Notes under the pieces: model-generated
Told to the model about the DNA's origin: nothing
What the model saw: only the letters and a program-made list of their open reading frames with translations
Databases searched by the model: none
Translations under genes and position numbers: made by a program
Origin: Phoronis australis
Lineage: Eukaryota > Animalia > Phoronida
Assembly: GCA_002633005.1 (NCBI GenBank)
Contig: NMRA01000771.1
Coordinates: 93,104-157,103, forward strand
Direction of reading: 5' to 3'
DNA length: 64,000 bases
Shown: one piece after another, positions 60,521 to 64,000 of the stretch
Numbering within the stretch: the first letter of the stretch is position 1
Layout: each line of letters begins with the position of its first letter

Positions 60521-60939
60521 NCAATAAACAACCCTAGAAGGATACCGTATACGGTGCAATTGTGGGCGCATTTCAACGCTCTGCGTTGCTCTTGTTAAGT
60601 ATTTCAGGATTGTATTCAAAAGAAAACATGTAGTTCAAATAGATTTATTTTGACCACACTGGTCAAATATCATCTACATCTCATACAGGTGACGACCACT
60701 GCATCGTGATAAACAAGACAAATGAATTAACAGATCAAGATCCTGAAGCAGATTAATTACAAAAAACATGAACTATCCTATCTTAGAAATACTGCAAAGT
60801 CAGTGTTCTAACTTAAATAAGCCAGTTCATTATCTAATTAGAGCACACCTTGAAAACACAATAATAAAACAAAGAATAGTGCGTTATCACAACTTATGAT
60901 TTCTATGTCAATATTTTAAGTTCAGTTATACTTTATCTT

Positions 60940-62880
60940 GTAACCTTTCATTGTGTGATAGCGTTCAAAAGAGTTAACAGCATGCAGACCAACTTTACAG
61001 TCATGTTTTCCATTTAGTGTTCACCTGCATTCTCTTTTTAAATTTCCTGTCTGAACACACCACACAGTCAGGCCTAACTGTACCTGTGTTCTCCAAAAAA
61101 TGCTGTCCACCGAGACGCATCTCATCAAAAGTCTTTGGTCAGAGCTCTTTCTCTGCGAAGGTTTTGCTGAGCATACCCTTCCACAAGACCTTCCAAAACA
61201 CTCATTTGGAATGCCACCGTATCCATTTTGTGGCCATTGGACTCAAAAAGTATTTTGGCATTAACCAACGCAATCTCACGTAAATGGTGAAAAACATTTA
61301 TATACCACTTGGGGGTACGGTGTGGAAATTCATAATAGCTGCACAACTGATCATTTAAATCAGTGCCACCCATATGTTTATTGTAATGGTCAATCAGAGA
61401 TGGCTTCTTAATTGACCGATATCCTGTTGTAGAATTCCTGCTGCGGAGTTGTTTTTCAACAAAACCTGCCAGGTGAATTGTCGACAGTCCTTGCACAAGT
61501 TTTTTGTCATAGAACTAGGTTGCCAGCAACGCCCCTTTGCGAAAAAATATTGTGTCCTGGCTAGATTTTATTTTGTCTTGAACTCTTCTGGCATACCTTT
61601 ACGGCCGGCGCGAACTGTGCCACAAGCACCAATGTTCTTTGACTTTAACATTGAAAATAAATCGGGCGACGAATAAAAGTTATCAAGGTATACATGATGA
61701 CCCTTGTTTTCATATCCGTCAAGAAGGGATAGTACTACACGACTAGCCAACAGTAAGCCATCATGTTGTCCGGCGTCTTCTTTATCACCATAGACATTTA
61801 TTTTCAACGTGTAGCCAGTGAGACTCTCATTGAGTACCCAGTTTTTAACACCAAAGCTGGTCTTCTTAGAAGGCATAAATTGACGAAAATGTAGCCGTCC
61901 TTTAAAACGTATCATGCTCTTGTCGATGGTCAGGTGAGTGGATGGTTGATAGCTGGCAGCAAAAACTGTATTCAGGTGAGTATATACTGGTCGAATTTTG
62001 AACAGGGGGTCGTAGCCAGCCTCACCTCTTCGTATCTGGTCATTGTTGTTGACAAAGTGTAGCATTGAAATCTACTTCTAGACATAACAGAAAAAAAAAT
62101 TGTTATACAAACTGTGGTGACTCCAGAGGCTTGACATCATAGGTGTTTTCACGAGGCCCATTGCAATGTGCAAGGCAGTAAAAGCTTTCATGTCCGCAAC
62201 GTTAACTGGGACCCACGAGTTCCGTTGGGAATGTTGCTTTAACGGCCTATTTTGGCTGATCCGCTGCTCTGCATAACGATTGGTTTCAATTTTCAAAAGA
62301 TTGAACAATTCGTCATTAAGAAATAACGAGAAGTAGTTCACGGGATCTTCCCGTAAGTACAACTTTTCGACCAACTCCGAGTTCGAACGTCGGACACCAT
62401 ACTGGCACGGGACGATCGCCACGATCTAACTCCCATATATCATTCATTTCCGCAACGACACTGTCCAAATCTTCGTCAGAGTTAGAATCATCAATATCCT
62501 TGAGGTCGAAGCCGTCAAATTCCTCTCCAGAGTCAGAATCATTATAAAAAATGCTTACAATCAAGTCCAAGTCAGTCCCAGAAAGCTGATCGGCAGCCAT
62601 TTTTTGTTGCCGTGGACGCTATACTTTTTCATTGACGAATCGGCTTTCGTTTCACAACTGGGAGTTTGAAATTTAGGAATGAAATTCCTACTACGTTACA
62701 GTTCAACCTCATCTGATTGGTCGTATTTGTTTTGTTTGTTATATAATTCCATCTGATTGGTTTACTATGACCTTCATTGAAGCCACTATAGAAGAGAGGT
62801 CATGGTCGCAATTTTGCGGCTAAAGCACTGAGGGGTCACGCATGTTTTGGTGCAGAAATGTGACCAAAGCACTGAGAGGG
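60940..62880 (-). mobile_element. piggyBac transposon with decayed transposase (PGBD4-like)
   Basis: Terminus TTAA|CCCTCTCAGTGC at 62880. Fragments read ETNRYAEQ, DPLFKIRP, TIDKSMIRFKGR, YLDNFYSS, YNKHMGGTDLNDQ and a C-terminal CVVC. Several frameshifts; the other TIR was not found. Confidence 0.9.
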
Positions 62881-62882
62881 TT

Positions 62883-63585
62883 AAAGGTCCAGTGGTGACG
62901 CTGTCGTTGAACACCTTCTTTTGGGATAAAAAAGGTGAATGCACACCTCTTACAGATAGGTATATATGGTGTTATCGACGCTTAACCAAAATCCTTTGTT
63001 GAGGGCGGACATACTGTCAGTGGTCTTTAACTCTTTGAGGTACCTCACCTTGTCGATTTCTCTGCTGTTATCCTTTACAGCTAAAACGAGATTTACTGTC
63101 GTCTGCTCTCATGTAATAGGTTTTAGAGCAAAGTGCAATGCAGTAGTCTCCTTCGATTTCCAACTTCAACAAACTAGCCATAATAAAAAGTACATTCAAA
63201 TACGCTACAAATTCATCAAGACATTCAGACACCATTATCCGTACAAGTAATAAATTATTAAATGTCTTGACAGAATTAAATGTTCAAAGATCCAGTGGTT
63301 ACGCCATTGTCGAACACCTTCTTTTGGGATAAAAAAGGTTGAATGCACACCTTTCTTGTAGATAGATATATATGGTGTTATCGCCGCCTAATCGAAATCC
63401 TTTATTGAGGGCCGAGATACTCATCATGGGCTGTAGCACTTTGAGGTACCTCGCCTAGTCGATTTCGTTTCTCTGCTGTTTTCCTTTACAGCTAAAACGA
63501 GATTTACTGTCGTCTGCTCCCACGTAATACGTTTTAGAGCAAAGTGTGATGCAGTAGTCCCCTTTGAATTCTAACTTCAATAAAC
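62883..63585. repeat. diverged ~300 bp direct repeat pair (period ~400 bp)
   Basis: AAAG.TCCAGTGGT.ACGC...GAACACCTTCTTTT.GGGATAAAAAAGGT at 62883 and ~63286, aligning to about 63175 and 63585. Confidence 0.8.
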
Positions 63586-64000
63586 CAGGCGTACGCATAG
63601 CTGCCCAGACACATACGTACATACGCCCAATATAATCAACTGACCTTTCTCAAAATTCAATGATTATGTCTCAGTGCTATTCAGAGCAGCTTTAATAACC
63701 AAACCAGATTTAGACAAAAAGCCACTGGAGTTTCTTAAATTAGGTCAAGGAGCTGTAACGGTAAATCCAACTTTATCCTCTGGAGGCCAATGAATGCACT
63801 CGTACAGATTGCACTATGTCATTACATTTCCTTTGAGTACTTCATGCTCCTATATTTGGTAATACGGGATTAGATATCCCGGGAAGTGGACTATTGCTTA
63901 TTCCATCATCGACATGTGCAGCGCCAACGCCATTGTCAGTTCTCCTGCATTTAGTGCTACCGTCGTCAACAACCACGTCGCTACATGACAATTCGTCACA

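Overview
Animal (probably marine invertebrate) genomic DNA from a fragmented assembly, with one 763-N gap and about 24 single-N joins, many flanked by duplicated overlaps. The only clear host gene is the 5' part of a flavin-containing monooxygenase (four minus-strand exons, 13262 to 3356). The rest is dominated by mobile DNA: Penelope-like relics, several MITEs, a hAT relic, and a recent complete Ty3/Gypsy element (18867-24635) with near-identical LTRs, PBS, PPT and TSD. A ~22 kb array of a Kolobok (KolobokP-like) DDD/E transposon spans ~30.2-52.5 kb, and a decayed piggyBac lies near the right end. Two things stand out. (1) A second Gypsy element (from 52510) has an unusual architecture: Gag with an N-terminal helix-hairpin-helix-like motif, a TTTAAAC plus pseudoknot -1 frameshift signal, an integrase ending in a PHD finger, and an extra env-position ORF encoding a zinc-finger-like region and a TatD-type nuclease with intact metal ligands. 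(2) The KolobokP-like internal segments are joined head-to-tail at a bare TTAA exactly where the TIR-bounded ~656 bp terminal module would sit. Domain calls come from motif recognition by eye, not from database searches.
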